DNA of 64,000 nucleotides from Glaucostegus cemiculus (Eukaryota), in NCBI GenBank assembly GCA_976551045.1, contig CDPCPM010000344.1:5704001-5768000 (forward strand), given 5' to 3'. Shown here piece by piece: positions 62,434 through 64,000 of this stretch. The notes under the pieces were generated by a model, which was not told the origin of the DNA, ran no database searches, and saw nothing but the letters and a program-made list of their open reading frames with translations. Position numbers and translations under genes: made by a program. How positions within the stretch are numbered: the stretch's first letter is position 1; each line of letters opens with the position of its first letter.

Positions 62434-62820
62434 ATTTCCTCCCACTGTCCCGGAACATAGGACATAGAACCGTACAGCCCAGAAGAAGGCCCGTCAGCCC
62501 ATGGTGTCTATGCTAAACATGATGCCAAATTAAACTAAATCCCTTCTGTCTACACACGAGCCATTTCCCTCCTTCTCCAAATATCCATGTGTCTGTCTAA
62601 AAGCCTCTTAAACATTACTTACCAGCTTCCACCACCACCCTTGGCCATGTTTTCCAGGCACCCACCACTCTCTGTGTAAAAAACTTGCCCTGTACAGCTC
62701 CGTTAAATTTTCCTCTACTCACCTTAATGCTCTGCCCTCTAGTTTTCTACATTTCTACCCTGGGAAACAGATCCTGTCTTCTATCTGTATCTCTCATAAT
62801 TTTATAGACTTTTATAAACA

Positions 62821-63125
62821 CGGCAGGCACAGTAGTGCAGTGGTTAGTGCAACGTTATTACAGCACCAACAACCCGGGTTCAATTCCGGCCACTGTCTGT
62901 AAGGAGTTTGTGCGTTCTCCCCGTGTCTGCGTGGGTTTCCTCCGGGTGCTCCAGTTTCCTCCCACATTCCAAAGATGTACGTGTTGGGAAGTTGTGGGCA
63001 TGCTATGTTGGCATTAGAAACATGGCGACACTTGCGGGCTGCCCCCAGAACACTCCACGCAAAGATGCATTTCACTGTGTGTTTTGATGTACATGTGACT
63101 AATAAAGATATCTCATCTAATCTCA
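62821..63125 (+). mobile_element. V-SINE, tail type A, nested in a minus-strand CR1 3' end (~62455-63285)
   Basis: Full-length family match. Confidence 0.85.
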
Positions 63126-63435
63126 TAAAATTCTATCAGGTCTCCCCTCAGTGTCCCATGCTCCAGAGAAATCAAAATTTGTTCAACCTCTCCTTATAGC
63201 TCACACACCCTAATCCAGGCAGCATTTCGGTAAATCTCCTCTGCACCCTCTCCGAAACCTTCACGCCCTTCCTGTGATGGGGAAACAAACTTTTATTTTG
63301 GATGCAGCAGTAATTTAGTTCTATTTCTTCATATTTATTCCCCACTGCATTCATAACTCACTGGGGAATCCAAATGCAGATTGAATGACTCTTTAGCATG
63401 CATTTCCATTCACTTCACAAGGCTGATTCCAAACC

Positions 63436-63709
63436 NNNNNNNNNNNNNNNNNNNNNNNNNNNNNNNNNNNNNNNNNNNNNNNNNNNNNNNNNNNNNNNNN
63501 NNNNNNNNNNNNNNNNNNNNNNNNNNNNNNNNNNNNNNNNNNNNNNNNNNNNNNNNNNNNNNNNNNNNNNNNNNNNNNNNNNNNNNNNNNNNNNNNNNNN
63601 NNNNNNNNNNNNNNNNNNNNNNNNNNNNNNNNNNNNNNNNNNNNNNNNNNNNNNNNNNNNNNNNNNNNNNNNNNNNNNNNNNNNNNNNNNNNNNNNNNNN
63701 NNNNNNNNN
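63436..63709. other. Assembly gap
   Basis: Run of N. Confidence 1.
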
Positions 63710-64000
63710 GGGCCTAGCATAAGTACCTGGGTTTCTCTAGCACTAGTTGCTAGAGGATTGGTCAACCTTTGGGTATACTTTGGCTCCTTGCTGCTTAGAG
63801 TGGTCTGCTCTAGAGCAATCCTGTGTTCTCTCGTCCTGCTTGAAGATTCAGTTTGTGTTGGGATTACTACTCAGATCTCCGAGGCAGAATTCCTTCCAGT
63901 TGCTGCCTGTGTTTGGTCCTGAGAAAGTATCCTGACTCCAGTCTTGTACCAGTGTGCCACATTTGGGTTGACTGTGAGCTTGCTCTTCAACCAACATTGT
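63710..64000 (+). mobile_element. LTR, family A (5' part in gap, last bases beyond the window)
   Basis: Close match to 55898-56188. Confidence 0.88.

Noticed and set aside
55785-64000. Full-length LTR element between the two co-oriented family A LTRs
   Set aside because: The 55785 copy has its own perfect TSD and the intervening DNA has no gag/pol.

Overview
Repeat-rich, apparently non-genic vertebrate DNA. The repeat set (CR1 LINEs, Rex1/Babar and Tx1/L1 3' ends, Penelope elements, tRNA-derived V-SINEs, DeuSINE-like relics) points to a cartilaginous fish, probably a ray or sawfish-type batoid (inference). I recognise no host protein-coding exon. The standout is a 3,629-bp internally deleted endogenous retrovirus on the minus strand (47962-51590), bounded by a perfect 5-bp target-site duplication (CAAAT). 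It keeps only the first 6 nt of its 5' LTR, an integrase whose catalytic Glu is Lys, a broken short hydrophobic ORF, a fully open 688-aa envelope gene and a complete 3' LTR. The Env is not gamma-type: early furin site, long Cys-rich TM subunit, no immunosuppressive domain or CX6CC motif. It is a candidate captured env. Also present: six other solo-LTR-type insertions from four families (one co-oriented upstream of env), a decayed Mag-like Gypsy element, Penelope-associated hammerhead ribozyme cores, two strong hairpins, a 155-bp templated local duplication, an older tandem duplication, minisatellites and three assembly gaps. Boundaries of old repeats are approximate.
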